A program made the position numbers and the translations under genes. 64,000 bases of DNA, taken from the IMG/VR virus record IMGVR_UViG_3300043093_000048, positions 32,001 to 96,000 of that record. One strand, given 5' to 3'. The notes under the pieces are model-generated. The model was not told where the DNA came from, searched no databases, and worked only from the letters and a program-made list of their open reading frames with translations. The DNA comes from a virus. Its lineage: Duplodnaviria; Caudoviricetes. Of the stretch, positions 10,960 to 21,189 are shown piece by piece. The first letter of the stretch is position 1. Each line of letters starts with the position of its first letter.

Positions 10960-11202
10960 TTAGTTATTTCTCCATACAATAATTCCTGCTTTAGTATCAT
11001 AAGGAGAGATTTCCACTTCAACAGAATCTTCTTCTGTAATCTGAATTTTATTCATTCTAAGCTTACCAGATAAAGAACAAATTACTTCAGCATTAAGGTC
11101 ATCTAGAATTACCTTAAACTTAGTACCTGGAAGACAAGAATCAACAATTCCTGTTGCAGTGATATGTTCTTCTTTAACATACTTGTTTTTAATTTTTTTC
11201 AT
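10960..11202 (-). CDS. infA: Translation initiation factor IF-1
   Basis: KEEHI.ATG.V...LP...F.V.L...SGKLRMNKIQI...D.V.VE.SPYD...G.I.WR is the IF-1 signature. Confidence 0.92.
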   Translation of the reverse strand: MKKIKNKYVKEEHITATGIVDSCLPGTKFKVILDDLNAEVICSLSGKLRMNKIQITEEDSVEVEISPYDTKAGIIVWRNN

Positions 11203-11241
11203 AAGTTATTACTCCTATTGAAAATGTTGTTGTTTATATTT

Positions 11242-11718
11242 TTAATACTGATTATTTAAATACTTGTTGTCATATGAATTTTTTGAAAATGGCGGTGGAG
11301 TTGTCATTTGATTTGTATTCCAAGCATAGAAATCCTGTTCATATCTTTGAGGTTTTTCATATACTTGATAATCATCTTCAATCTTTCTTCCATACATATC
11401 ATGATTAATAGAAATTGGATGATCTTCATCTATCTTAATATAATCATGAATATCACAAGTATCAAATTCTTCTTTACTCATACCTCTATCAACTATTGGA
11501 GGAGTTATTAGAATAGATTTTTCACCAGATACAATTGCATCAACAATTATATCAAATGTTTGTGCTACTACACCATAATTAGGAGATTCAAAAATACAAA
11601 TTCCTTCATTGCGAGTAGTTCCAATTAATTTAAATATAGGTGCTTCTTCTTTAATTTTAACACCATAAATATCATGAGCAAATTTAGCATTAGTATCGTT
11701 TCTAATTACTGTAATCAT
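11242..11718 (-). CDS. Hypothetical protein
   Basis: ORF in operon context; N-terminus weakly resembles that of 11724..13496. Confidence 0.7.
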   Translation of the reverse strand: MITVIRNDTNAKFAHDIYGVKIKEEAPIFKLIGTTRNEGICIFESPNYGVVAQTFDIIVDAIVSGEKSILITPPIVDRGMSKEEFDTCDIHDYIKIDEDHPISINHDMYGRKIEDDYQVYEKPQRYEQDFYAWNTNQMTTPPPFSKNSYDNKYLNNQY

Positions 11719-11723
11719 AATAA

Positions 11724-13496
11724 TTAACCCCCGATATCTTCAGTTTCCTCAGTCTTAGAAGAAGTTTCATCTGTTACTTCAGAGGAACTATTAGAATCTG
11801 TTGTTTCTTCAACAATTTCTTCTACAGAATCGGTAGTAGTAACATCTTCTTCTTTAATAATAATTCTATCAGTAGCGGAAGGAGTCTTTAAAGGTTTACC
11901 ATCGACTTCAATTACCTTAACAAACTGATCTGAAATTGCAATACTATCATTGTAACTATCAGATACCCAAGTACAGAAGCCATGTTTATAATTATCATCA
12001 GGAATTGCAATAAAGTAAACAGTAATTAAAGGTGTAGTTTTATCATCTTTAGAATAAACTTTTAATTCATAAACATGATTTTCAATAGCTTGCCATGCAA
12101 TTTCATCATGAATAAAGCTATTTAAATTTCTAATTACTTGATTAGTTACTGAAAGATCTTCAATAGTTGCAGAATATTCATTCTTAGCAAAGTTTTCAAT
12201 ATTAACAGAAACTACATACTTCATATCAATATTTAAATCTCTATTATCAACTTCTTCATGACCTTCAGAAGCTTCATTATTAAAATTAACACCAGACTTA
12301 GCAAATCTCATATCATAACGACCATTAAGTCTTACAGCATTAACATAATATCTAACACCATTATCTTGAACTGTAAATGTAGTCTGAGGAATAGTTTTAT
12401 CTAATTCAAACCAAGTACCATCAATTGTATCTTCCTTATAATACCAATTAAAGTCTTCTACTAACTTATAGAACTTATCAGGAATCATAAAGAAACTCCA
12501 TTCGCCTGCAATATCCATATTTGTCTTAAATGTAGCATCTGGTAAAATACAATCTAATACACCTTTCTTAACTACAATATTGTCTCTAGGATTCATATTA
12601 GTAAATGTAGAATGATAATTCTTAGAAAGCATTACTCTTAAAGCACTAGGTGAAATTTCTTTAATATTAGAAATAACAGATTCACCCATTGCAAAACCAC
12701 CATTACCATAGTAAACAATAATCTTTTCTCTAACTGGAGGTGGAACTACTGGAAAAATAAATGGCTTATCTTCTTTCTTTGGTTCTGGAACTACATGAAT
12801 TTTATTATTAAAGATTTCTTCATTATAATAAGGATAATCATAGGGATTAATAGGAGTCATAGATGGTTTATTATCACTAGTAAAACTCATAATTTCTCCA
12901 TCTCTCTTAGGCTGTTTATTATAATCAATTTCATCTATTTCATTATAATATGGTGGATTATCATAATAATGTTTAGGTTCTCTAGTATATCTAGGTTCTT
13001 TAGAAATATTATCAAATACATCATAAAAAGGATTTGTTCTAGGATCATTAATATATCTAGGATCAATATCAGAATCTGGAATATTTTCTATAGAACTATC
13101 ATTCTTATTAATTTTATAATAATCTTTCTTAGGTTGAGTTTCATTATTATCAAAAGAATAATTTTCTTTCTTTAATGGTGTATCAGGAATTCTAGAAAGA
13201 TCTATATATCTATAATCTTTAGAACATAATTCAATAAAATTATTTAAGAATACTTCAGCTTTATTCTTATCCTTAGCTTGATAACAAGTAACAGACTGAG
13301 ATAACTCTGGATTAGTAAATAAAACTACTTCATAAAAAATCTTATCAATAAAACGTGGATCTCTAGGCACTGGAATATTATGAATTGCCTTTGGAGAATA
13401 AGGATATGTATTCTTACGCTGTTTTATTCTTGCACCATAAACAGTAAAAATACCAATATCATTTTTATAGCATGTTACGCTAAATGGATGATTCAT
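11724..13496 (-). CDS. Hypothetical protein (590 aa; Pro/Tyr-rich linker, acidic tail)
   Basis: Long ORF with AAGGAA RBS. Confidence 0.75.
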   Translation of the reverse strand: MNHPFSVTCYKNDIGIFTVYGARIKQRKNTYPYSPKAIHNIPVPRDPRFIDKIFYEVVLFTNPELSQSVTCYQAKDKNKAEVFLNNFIELCSKDYRYIDLSRIPDTPLKKENYSFDNNETQPKKDYYKINKNDSSIENIPDSDIDPRYINDPRTNPFYDVFDNISKEPRYTREPKHYYDNPPYYNEIDEIDYNKQPKRDGEIMSFTSDNKPSMTPINPYDYPYYNEEIFNNKIHVVPEPKKEDKPFIFPVVPPPVREKIIVYYGNGGFAMGESVISNIKEISPSALRVMLSKNYHSTFTNMNPRDNIVVKKGVLDCILPDATFKTNMDIAGEWSFFMIPDKFYKLVEDFNWYYKEDTIDGTWFELDKTIPQTTFTVQDNGVRYYVNAVRLNGRYDMRFAKSGVNFNNEASEGHEEVDNRDLNIDMKYVVSVNIENFAKNEYSATIEDLSVTNQVIRNLNSFIHDEIAWQAIENHVYELKVYSKDDKTTPLITVYFIAIPDDNYKHGFCTWVSDSYNDSIAISDQFVKVIEVDGKPLKTPSATDRIIIKEEDVTTTDSVEEIVEETTDSNSSSEVTDETSSKTEETEDIGG

Positions 13497-13526
13497 AAAT
13501 TATCATTCCTTTCTTTTTAATAAATT

Positions 13527-14768
13527 TTATCTATATTTTGCTGGCATACGAATAGCAGGAGTTAATGGCATTGTATACATAAGATTAATAGACTCCTTAA
13601 ATGTTACAGGCGTACCATCAGCTCTATATCCAACAGTTCCTGATTTAACATTTCCTGAGAGAGGTTTACCATTTTTATCATAAATAATTGGATTACCATT
13701 ATCATCTTTTTCAGGTCTTGTTGCAGATGGTTTATTAGTTGTTGATGTTTGAGCAGCAGCTTGTTGTGTATTACCATTGCCATTAGCAGGTGTAGTTTGT
13801 GTTGGTTGAGGTGTTTGGGTATTACCATTACCAGCAGGAGCAGCAGCTTGTTGTGTATTACCATTGCCATTAGCAGGTGTAGTTTGTGTTGGTTGAGGTG
13901 TTTGGGTATTACCATTACCAGCAGGAGCAGCAGCTTGTTGTGTATTACCATTGCCATTAGCAGGTGTAGTTTGTGTTGGTTGAGGTGTTTGGGTATTACC
14001 ATTACCAGCAGGAGCAGCAGCAGGAGCTTCTGGTTGACCTTTAGCCTTTCCTTGCTTCTTTTTTTCTTTCTCTTCTTCTCTTTTCGCTCTATTTTCTTGC
14101 ATTCTAGCTTGTCCAGCAACAATTCTTTGTCCTCTTTCACTATTGGCATCAACTACTATATCATTACCATCTTTATCTTTTTTATTAAGTATAATATTAT
14201 CAGTACCAGTTAAGTTTTCTCCTTTTTTAACAGCTTTTTTAGCAGTTTTCTTATCACCAACAGACATAACAGCATCGCCCATTACATTATCAGAACCTAT
14301 AGTTCTAGTTCTTGAAGCACCATTATATTGTTGTTGAGCTATTTCTGAATTTCTTGAAGTATTTCTAATATTTTTAATAGCACCACCAATACCACCAGAT
14401 TGCTGCATAAAGTTACTTGCATTTTGTTTAAAGTTTTTAAAACCACCAGTTTCTGCACCTGTAGCTTTAGCGTTAGAGTTTACAGAGTTAATAGTTTTCT
14501 TAGCCATAGAGCCTGCAGCTACAGCGCCACCTACCAATGCAGCGCCACCTAATAATTTTTTAAAGAAACCTTCATTAAGCATAATATTTTGTAAATATTC
14601 TGATTCACTTAAAGGCTCATAACCATTTTCTTCACAACTTTCTAAGTAATAATTATATGACTCTAATATATAACTTTCACACATTGAAATTGTTTTTTGA
14701 TCATTTGGATCATCTATATCACATTGTGATAGTCTTTCAACACATTCAGCTAAAAGATATAATTTCAT
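13527..14768 (-). CDS. Putative internal head protein (acidic N-terminal propeptide, Gly/Ala segment, Q/T/P/N repeats)
   Basis: LxE-rich N-terminus ending MLNE|G; LLGGAALVGGAVAAG; late motif 14816-14827. Confidence 0.6.
   Translation of the reverse strand: MKLYLLAECVERLSQCDIDDPNDQKTISMCESYILESYNYYLESCEENGYEPLSESEYLQNIMLNEGFFKKLLGGAALVGGAVAAGSMAKKTINSVNSNAKATGAETGGFKNFKQNASNFMQQSGGIGGAIKNIRNTSRNSEIAQQQYNGASRTRTIGSDNVMGDAVMSVGDKKTAKKAVKKGENLTGTDNIILNKKDKDGNDIVVDANSERGQRIVAGQARMQENRAKREEEKEKKKQGKAKGQPEAPAAAPAGNGNTQTPQPTQTTPANGNGNTQQAAAPAGNGNTQTPQPTQTTPANGNGNTQQAAAPAGNGNTQTPQPTQTTPANGNGNTQQAAAQTSTTNKPSATRPEKDDNGNPIIYDKNGKPLSGNVKSGTVGYRADGTPVTFKESINLMYTMPLTPAIRMPAKYR
13752..14020. repeat. 87-bp coding tandem repeat x3 (AAAPAGNGNTQTPQPTQTTPANGNGNTQQ)
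   Basis: Three near-identical DNA units. Confidence 0.92.
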
Positions 14769-14876
14769 AAAATTTCACCTTCTCTAATAATTTATTAAGT
14801 TAAATATACTTAGTATAAGAATTTGTTAAGGATTAATAAAAAATCAGTTTGTTCATAAAACAAACTGATTTTTAAC

Positions 14877-16010
14877 TTAATTATTTGCATATCTTTCTAA
14901 AGTAGGTAATAAAATTCTTTTTAATTGTAGTTGATTCTTACCATCTAAAACACAACCTGAAGCAAATGGATGACCGCCACCGCCATATATAGAAGCTATT
15001 TTGGTTAAATCAATATCATCATAAACTCTTCTAAAATTAATACTTCCATATTTAAAAGATACATTGATTATATATTTAATATTAAATCTTGTATATATTT
15101 TTTTATTAATAATATCATTTTTAAGCATATCACAAATTAAAGAAACATTATCATCACTTCTAATAATAATATATTGAATATCTGGATGAGTAAAACCATC
15201 TTCATCAATATGATCAAGAACTATTGAGGTATTTAATACTCTATTATATTCTTTATTAATACTTTCTAATGTTTCATTAATAATAGTTTTTTCAGTTTTA
15301 TTAAATGAAAAAACTATACTTTCCTTTTGCACTTGCATTAAAAAGAACTTAGTTCTTTGCATATGTGAAAATAATAGATTTAAATCTCTAGCCATTAAAT
15401 TATTATTATTTTTCCATTCAAATGTATCCCAGTCATTAACATTTTTTAAATAACTTTCTAACCAAGCTTTTTGATCATTTAATTTAGCATGTTCAAGACC
15501 TAATGTTGTATTAGTCCATTCAATTGATTGTCTATTAGCACAAAAGTTATATAATTGTAAACTAGCACAATTGGTCATATCATTAAAATATTCTATCTTA
15601 TCAAATAAAGTAAATATTTTATCTCTAAATGTTTTTTCACTATCTGCATGATGATCAATAAAAAATATCTTTTTAAATATACTTGAATAACCTTTATTAG
15701 GAGAATTTAAAAGAGTAGTAAATTTTTTAAAAGGATTTAATATATAATCTTCTAGATCTTTTCCTTTAAAGTTTAAATCAGTTATAAATAAATAATCATA
15801 AATTTTAGCACCATATTCATTATCAATATCAAAGAATTCTTTAATCTTATCATAATCATTATAACTAATAAAGTCATAATTAAAATTAATATTTTTTGTA
15901 TTATAAAATTTTTTAAATACTAATCCACAACTAACTCCATCTAGATCATTATGAGTAAACACTTTAACTCTAATAGTTGATATATTAGAGATAGTTTCTA
16001 TATCCCTCAT
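14877..16010 (-). CDS. DHH/DHHA1 family phosphoesterase
   Basis: THNDLDG, FITDL, IDHH and GGGGHPFASG motifs; start reassigned to ATG 16010 after AGGAGG. Confidence 0.88.
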   Translation of the reverse strand: MRDIETISNISTIRVKVFTHNDLDGVSCGLVFKKFYNTKNINFNYDFISYNDYDKIKEFFDIDNEYGAKIYDYLFITDLNFKGKDLEDYILNPFKKFTTLLNSPNKGYSSIFKKIFFIDHHADSEKTFRDKIFTLFDKIEYFNDMTNCASLQLYNFCANRQSIEWTNTTLGLEHAKLNDQKAWLESYLKNVNDWDTFEWKNNNNLMARDLNLLFSHMQRTKFFLMQVQKESIVFSFNKTEKTIINETLESINKEYNRVLNTSIVLDHIDEDGFTHPDIQYIIIRSDDNVSLICDMLKNDIINKKIYTRFNIKYIINVSFKYGSINFRRVYDDIDLTKIASIYGGGGHPFASGCVLDGKNQLQLKRILLPTLERYANN

Positions 16011-16779
16011 ATTCAAGTCCTCCTGTATTATATAAAGAATTTGAATCAGATCCATTGAAAAATGGTTTATCAAATAATTCAACCGAAGTAGGTTTATCAA
16101 CAGCTCTGACTACATCTTCTATTTTTAGAATACAAGTTTGTTTCCTTATACCTAAATTAATAAATCCATTATTTTCAAAAAATCTAATTTTTGATTCTTC
16201 AGAAATATCTATTTCAGCCATATTAGCGGATAAACTAGTTTTAGCCATCTTTAATAAATCTTTAGCAAATCCTAAACCACTATATTGTGAACTAACATCA
16301 AATTTAGTAATAATATTATTACCATTTCTACTTTCTACTTCTACTTCTGCTATTTGATTATTAAAATTATCAAAAAATTTATAACCTTTAATTTTAATTC
16401 TATTAGACTTAGTAGTTCCACTATTATCATTATAATAACTATTATAAGATGATTCATAACTTCTTCTATTAAAATCCAATAATTGCATAGGTTTCATACA
16501 TTCTTCAAAAGAAGAAATTTTATTAGCAGTTTTATTAAGAGAAAACTGTCTTCCAGCAGATAATTGTTTAGCTTTAACTCTTGCAATTCCATTTTTTGTC
16601 ATACCACTATATTTACCTGAATTTGTTGATACTCTATTACTTGCTGATGGTGAAACTTCATATCCGCCTCTAGTTTTTGTTGGTCCGTTCACACCTGTAG
16701 ATGTATGAACTGTTCTAACTCTTTTTATCTTAAACTTTGGACCTTCATTATATAATCTAAAACCAAAATCATTATACAT
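15985..16779 (-). CDS. GNAT-like acetyltransferase with basic N-terminal extension, possibly virion-packaged
   Basis: FDVSSQYSGLGFAKDLL (acetyl-CoA motif A) and RFFENNGF; LYNE near N-terminus; late motif 16811-16822. Confidence 0.6.
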   Translation of the reverse strand: MYNDFGFRLYNEGPKFKIKRVRTVHTSTGVNGPTKTRGGYEVSPSASNRVSTNSGKYSGMTKNGIARVKAKQLSAGRQFSLNKTANKISSFEECMKPMQLLDFNRRSYESSYNSYYNDNSGTTKSNRIKIKGYKFFDNFNNQIAEVEVESRNGNNIITKFDVSSQYSGLGFAKDLLKMAKTSLSANMAEIDISEESKIRFFENNGFINLGIRKQTCILKIEDVVRAVDKPTSVELFDKPFFNGSDSNSLYNTGGLEYEGYRNYL

Positions 16780-16913
16780 TTTATAATCATCTCCCTTTTT
16801 TAAATATTAATAACCTAATGTTTTTTAATATAAACTTATTAATTATTATATTTTTTAAAATTAAATTTAATAATTAATATTATATTATTAGGTTTTTAAA
16901 GGAGGTAAATTAA

Positions 16914-17588
16914 ATGAAATTAATGACTATGAAGCAATTTTTACAAAATCCTTCAGGAAGTTATTCTGCAAGTTTTGCAAGAAGAGACCTTATCATAGCT
17001 AATTTAGAAGATAGATTTTATAAATTATATAAAAAAAGAAAAAGTGATTTTAAAGTTAAAATCTTTAGAGGAACTAATAAAAATGATTATTTCTTTTATA
17101 TTCAAGTTCCTAGTGAAAAATATGATAAAATTAATTATGATGTTGTTATACAATTTCTTCCAGTAGATATGAATTCTTTATCATCTACTACAATAGATAA
17201 GTATGCAATTAAAGTATTTAGTAATAGTTTGAATTTTACGTTTACATACTGCTACTGGTACAATCAAGATGATATAGTTGTAACACAGTTAAAAGATAAA
17301 TTTTCTCCAAAAGCTCTTAAAGATAAACCTGTCGTTAAAAATAATGAAGGTATTTATGGATTTGAGAAATCTTGTTATTTTGCTATGTTATATATAAAAT
17401 ATAATGAATTAAATAAAAAAGTAAATATAAATAAAGCTTTAGATACTACAATGACTATTCAAAAATTAAAACCAACAATAAAAAGTGCTAATTCTAAAAT
17501 TATTGAATATAACATGACTAAAAAAGCTAATGGTGATGAAAATAAGAAGAAAAAGCAAACATTAACTAATCAACCATTTAAGCTCTAA
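16914..17588 (+). CDS. Hypothetical protein
   Basis: AAGGAGG RBS; 224-aa ORF. Confidence 0.75.
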   Translation: MKLMTMKQFLQNPSGSYSASFARRDLIIANLEDRFYKLYKKRKSDFKVKIFRGTNKNDYFFYIQVPSEKYDKINYDVVIQFLPVDMNSLSSTTIDKYAIKVFSNSLNFTFTYCYWYNQDDIVVTQLKDKFSPKALKDKPVVKNNEGIYGFEKSCYFAMLYIKYNELNKKVNINKALDTTMTIQKLKPTIKSANSKIIEYNMTKKANGDENKKKKQTLTNQPFKL

Positions 17589-17598
17589 GGAGAAAATA

Positions 17599-18516
17599 TT
17601 GAAAAAACTAAATTATGAAGATGTTAGAAATTATATTAATTCTACAGGAGAAACTTTAATCTCTAAAGAATATATCAATTATAATTTTAAATTAAATATT
17701 AAATGTAATAAATGTGGTAATATATACGGTATGAATTTAACTAATTTTAAAAAAGGAAAACGTTGTAATAAATGTGCTAAGAACTTAAGAATAAAAAAGA
17801 TGAAACTAAATTATGAAGATGTTAAATCTTTTATAAACTCTACAGGAGAAACTTTAATCTCAACTGAATATAATAATTGTAAAGAAAAATTAAATATTAA
17901 ATGTAATAAATGTGGTAATATTTATTCTATTAGATTTTGTAATTTTAAACAGGGTAATAGATGTAATAAATGTTCTATCAAAGAAAGAAATGATAATAAT
18001 AAACTTCTTTATGAAGATGTTAGAAATTATATTAATTCCACAGGAGAAGAATTAATTTCTAAAGAATATAAAGGTTGTAAAACTTCTTTACAAGTTAAAT
18101 GTAAAAAATGTAATAAAATTTATAAAGTTCGTTTTAATGATTTTAAACAAGGAAATAGATGTTCTTATTGTAAAGCTTCAAAAGGTGAAGAACGAATTAG
18201 AACATGGCTTGAAAATAATCATTATACTTTTGAAGAACAATATAAATTTGATGATTGTAAATATAAACGTTATTTGCCATTTGATTTTAAATTAGAAGAT
18301 AAGAATGGTAAAATAATTTTAATAGAATATGATGGAATACAACATTATCAAGAATCTTTTTATGGTAATAATTTAAAAGAACAGAAAAAGAGAGATTCCA
18401 TCAAAGACGATTATTGTAATTCACATGATAATATTGATTTATATAGAATTCCTTATACGGAATTTAATAACATAGATTCTATTCTTAAAGATATTTTTAA
18501 TAAATATATATTATAA
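17599..18516 (+). CDS. Free-standing homing-endonuclease-like protein (3 zinc-ribbon repeats + Vsr-like/EDxHD nuclease)
   Basis: Three KCxKC...RCxxC repeats; C-terminal LPFDF...IEYDGIQH...D..K..YC...RIPY. Confidence 0.8.
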   Translation: MKKLNYEDVRNYINSTGETLISKEYINYNFKLNIKCNKCGNIYGMNLTNFKKGKRCNKCAKNLRIKKMKLNYEDVKSFINSTGETLISTEYNNCKEKLNIKCNKCGNIYSIRFCNFKQGNRCNKCSIKERNDNNKLLYEDVRNYINSTGEELISKEYKGCKTSLQVKCKKCNKIYKVRFNDFKQGNRCSYCKASKGEERIRTWLENNHYTFEEQYKFDDCKYKRYLPFDFKLEDKNGKIILIEYDGIQHYQESFYGNNLKEQKKRDSIKDDYCNSHDNIDLYRIPYTEFNNIDSILKDIFNKYIL

Positions 18517-18570
18517 ATATGTCTTTGAGGACAAAATATATTTTAAAAGTTTTTTATAGGAGGAAAACTA

Positions 18571-20070
18571 ATGGCAACTAAAGGATTGACTAATGAGGAA
18601 TTAATCGAAAAGTACGACCAACCATTAACTAAAAATGAGGAGGGCATGTATGAATTTGCTGTATATGACCAAGAGAGTCATTGTATTATCATTAAATTCG
18701 ATAAGATATTTAATAGAGATAGTATAAAACAGCATAACATTTTCAAGATACAGCATAAAAGATATTATTCAGAAGGAACAGCTAATAGCTCAACTAAGCC
18801 AATGTTACCAACAATCTGTAATGATATTAATTATGTAATGAATCAAAATAATGATTCAATTAGATCTTATGCTTTATTTAGTACTAAAATAGCTCTTAAA
18901 GATAAGAAACCATATGAATTAGAAACGTTTAAAGAAGATGTTTACAAATTTATTGATGATATCAAAGTAGATATTGTAAATTACGTAGAAAGTAATTATG
19001 AACTTGATTTATCTGAAACTAATGAAAAGATTAATACAGATCTTCAAGTTACTGATGAAATGAATAAAATTTTCGTTGAATCAGCAGTAGCAATGAGAAT
19101 TGTTATTCCAATTATTTGTGACTATACTTTAAATAATAAAATTGATGGAATATTCTATGATATTTTTAGAACTATAATGATTAAATTCACGCAGCTAAAT
19201 GAAGAAAAGAATAATCCTTTAACAAAATTAAGATCAGTAGTTCGTTCAAGAGTTGAACAGACAAAATATGCTAATAAAAAGATTTGGAAGTTTATTAGTA
19301 ATTATACTACTGATATGAAATTAATTTGTGAAGAATTTAATGTACAATTAATTGAAAGTATTATTCCAAAGTTAGATATTAATAGATCTGCGATTAAATA
19401 TATTGACGTAGTCTTAAGAAAAAAGCTTGACTTTGCATTTACATTTAATTTTACGTTTGAGTTTAGACCATTAAGAAATCTTGAAAATGATGATGATACT
19501 GATGAAAGAGATAGACTTAATGAAACAATCTTCACAAATAGAAAGAATGAAGGACAATTAGTTCTTAATAAGTTAACTATTAAACAACATATCAGTCAGT
19601 ATATTTATGATAATGATATTACTGATGATATTATTGATGAATTTAAAACTAATGTTCTTAAGAATAAGAATCTTAATAATATTCAAAATTATTTCTTATT
19701 CATAACATTTGGAAAGATCTTTGAAGTAAATGTTGCAACTGAAAAAGATCGTGTAATACTTCTTCATGAATTAATCCATGATTTAGAAGAAGATGGATTT
19801 ATTGAACTTCCAAAGATTCTTAAATCAACAGTTGAAAATGAAATTGACATTAGAAACAAAGTTGGTGGAAAGAAGCTTAAGAGTCAAGATGGATTTTTAA
19901 AGATTATTAAAAAGTATGAAGATGTTGTAGATATTATTGATAATGATAATTTTATCATTAAGATGATTTCATTCAAAAATTATAGATATCTCGATGACGA
20001 AGATAATCAGATTATTATTAATCCTAATAATTATGAAAGAGAAGTAATTAGCTTTATTCTAGCACTTTAA
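18571..20070 (+). CDS. Non-virion RNAP promoter-specificity (sigma-like) subunit, AR9 gp226 / phiKZ gp68-like
   Basis: Blocks FDKIFNRD, LQVTDEMNKIF, MRIVIPIICDY, SRVEQTKY...IW and IPKL...YIDVVLRKKL match my recollection of AR9 gp226; similar length; early motif 18505-18515. Confidence 0.75.
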   Translation: MATKGLTNEELIEKYDQPLTKNEEGMYEFAVYDQESHCIIIKFDKIFNRDSIKQHNIFKIQHKRYYSEGTANSSTKPMLPTICNDINYVMNQNNDSIRSYALFSTKIALKDKKPYELETFKEDVYKFIDDIKVDIVNYVESNYELDLSETNEKINTDLQVTDEMNKIFVESAVAMRIVIPIICDYTLNNKIDGIFYDIFRTIMIKFTQLNEEKNNPLTKLRSVVRSRVEQTKYANKKIWKFISNYTTDMKLICEEFNVQLIESIIPKLDINRSAIKYIDVVLRKKLDFAFTFNFTFEFRPLRNLENDDDTDERDRLNETIFTNRKNEGQLVLNKLTIKQHISQYIYDNDITDDIIDEFKTNVLKNKNLNNIQNYFLFITFGKIFEVNVATEKDRVILLHELIHDLEEDGFIELPKILKSTVENEIDIRNKVGGKKLKSQDGFLKIIKKYEDVVDIIDNDNFIIKMISFKNYRYLDDEDNQIIINPNNYEREVISFILAL

Positions 20071-20142
20071 TTTTAATAAATATTCCTTAAGGTTTTATAA
20101 ATAAAAACCTTAAGGAATAAATTTTTATATGGAGGTGAAAAA

Positions 20143-21177
20143 ATGATAAATAATAATTATGATTTTACAGTATATGAATATTTAAAAAAGAATATTAAAC
20201 TATGTTATTTAACTACTGATAAATCTGAAACTTATATAAGATGTCCTTATTGTGGTGATAGTACAAATCTTAATCATGCTCATTTATATATTAATAATCA
20301 ACCACCATTTAAATACTTTTGTCAAAAATGTTCTGTAACAGGAATTGTTGATAATAAGTTCTTAAGAGATATTGATTTATATGATCCTGAAGTTATTAAT
20401 TATGTAGTTCAAAGTAAAAATAATTATATTAAAAATCTTAATAAAAAATATGGTAATAACTTCTTAGAAATATTTAATAAAAATTTTGATGTATTACCAA
20501 ACCAATATAATAAAAAAGAATTAGAAAAAATAAAATATATTAATAATAGACTAGGTATAAATATTAATGAAGAAAGTCTTATAGAAAAATATAAGATAAT
20601 CTTAAATATTGAAGACTTCTTTAACAATAATAAACTTCAAATGAATCAATTCTATAAGAAAAATTTATCTAAGTTAGAAAATAATTATGTAGGATTCTTA
20701 TTAAATGATAATAATATGATTTGCTTTAGAGATATTACTGGTAAACAAAATGAAAGATATATTAATAAAAAAATATATAGTGAGAATATATTGCAAAGTA
20801 GAAAATTCTATACTATAGGAAATGAAATAAATCTTTCAAGAGAAGTTTATAATATTTATTTAGCCGAAGGAATCTTTGACATATTAGGTATATTTAATCA
20901 TTTATATGATTGTAAACAAAATGATAATGACTTATTTATATCATGTAATGGAAAATCTTATAACTTTGTATTAAAATATCTTCAAACATTAGGAATTCTT
21001 AATTGTAATATTAATATATTTTCTGATAAAGATGTTTCAAAGAAAAAGATAATTGAACTATTACATGGAAATTATCTTACAAAATTTAATGGTGTTACTT
21101 TATATTATAATAATATTGGAAAGGATTATGGTGTTACTAAATTGGAAATAGAATTATCCAATCCAATTGAAATTTAG
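20143..21177 (+). CDS. DNA primase (zinc finger + TOPRIM)
   Basis: CPYCGD...H...CQKC zinc finger; EGIFD and FSDKD TOPRIM motifs. Confidence 0.8.
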   Translation: MINNNYDFTVYEYLKKNIKLCYLTTDKSETYIRCPYCGDSTNLNHAHLYINNQPPFKYFCQKCSVTGIVDNKFLRDIDLYDPEVINYVVQSKNNYIKNLNKKYGNNFLEIFNKNFDVLPNQYNKKELEKIKYINNRLGININEESLIEKYKIILNIEDFFNNNKLQMNQFYKKNLSKLENNYVGFLLNDNNMICFRDITGKQNERYINKKIYSENILQSRKFYTIGNEINLSREVYNIYLAEGIFDILGIFNHLYDCKQNDNDLFISCNGKSYNFVLKYLQTLGILNCNINIFSDKDVSKKKIIELLHGNYLTKFNGVTLYYNNIGKDYGVTKLEIELSNPIEI

Positions 21178-21189
21178 GAGGAAATATAA

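Noticed and set aside
13752-14020. 87-bp repeat as a non-coding array
   Set aside because: In-frame, without spacers, and encodes a low-complexity linker within a gene
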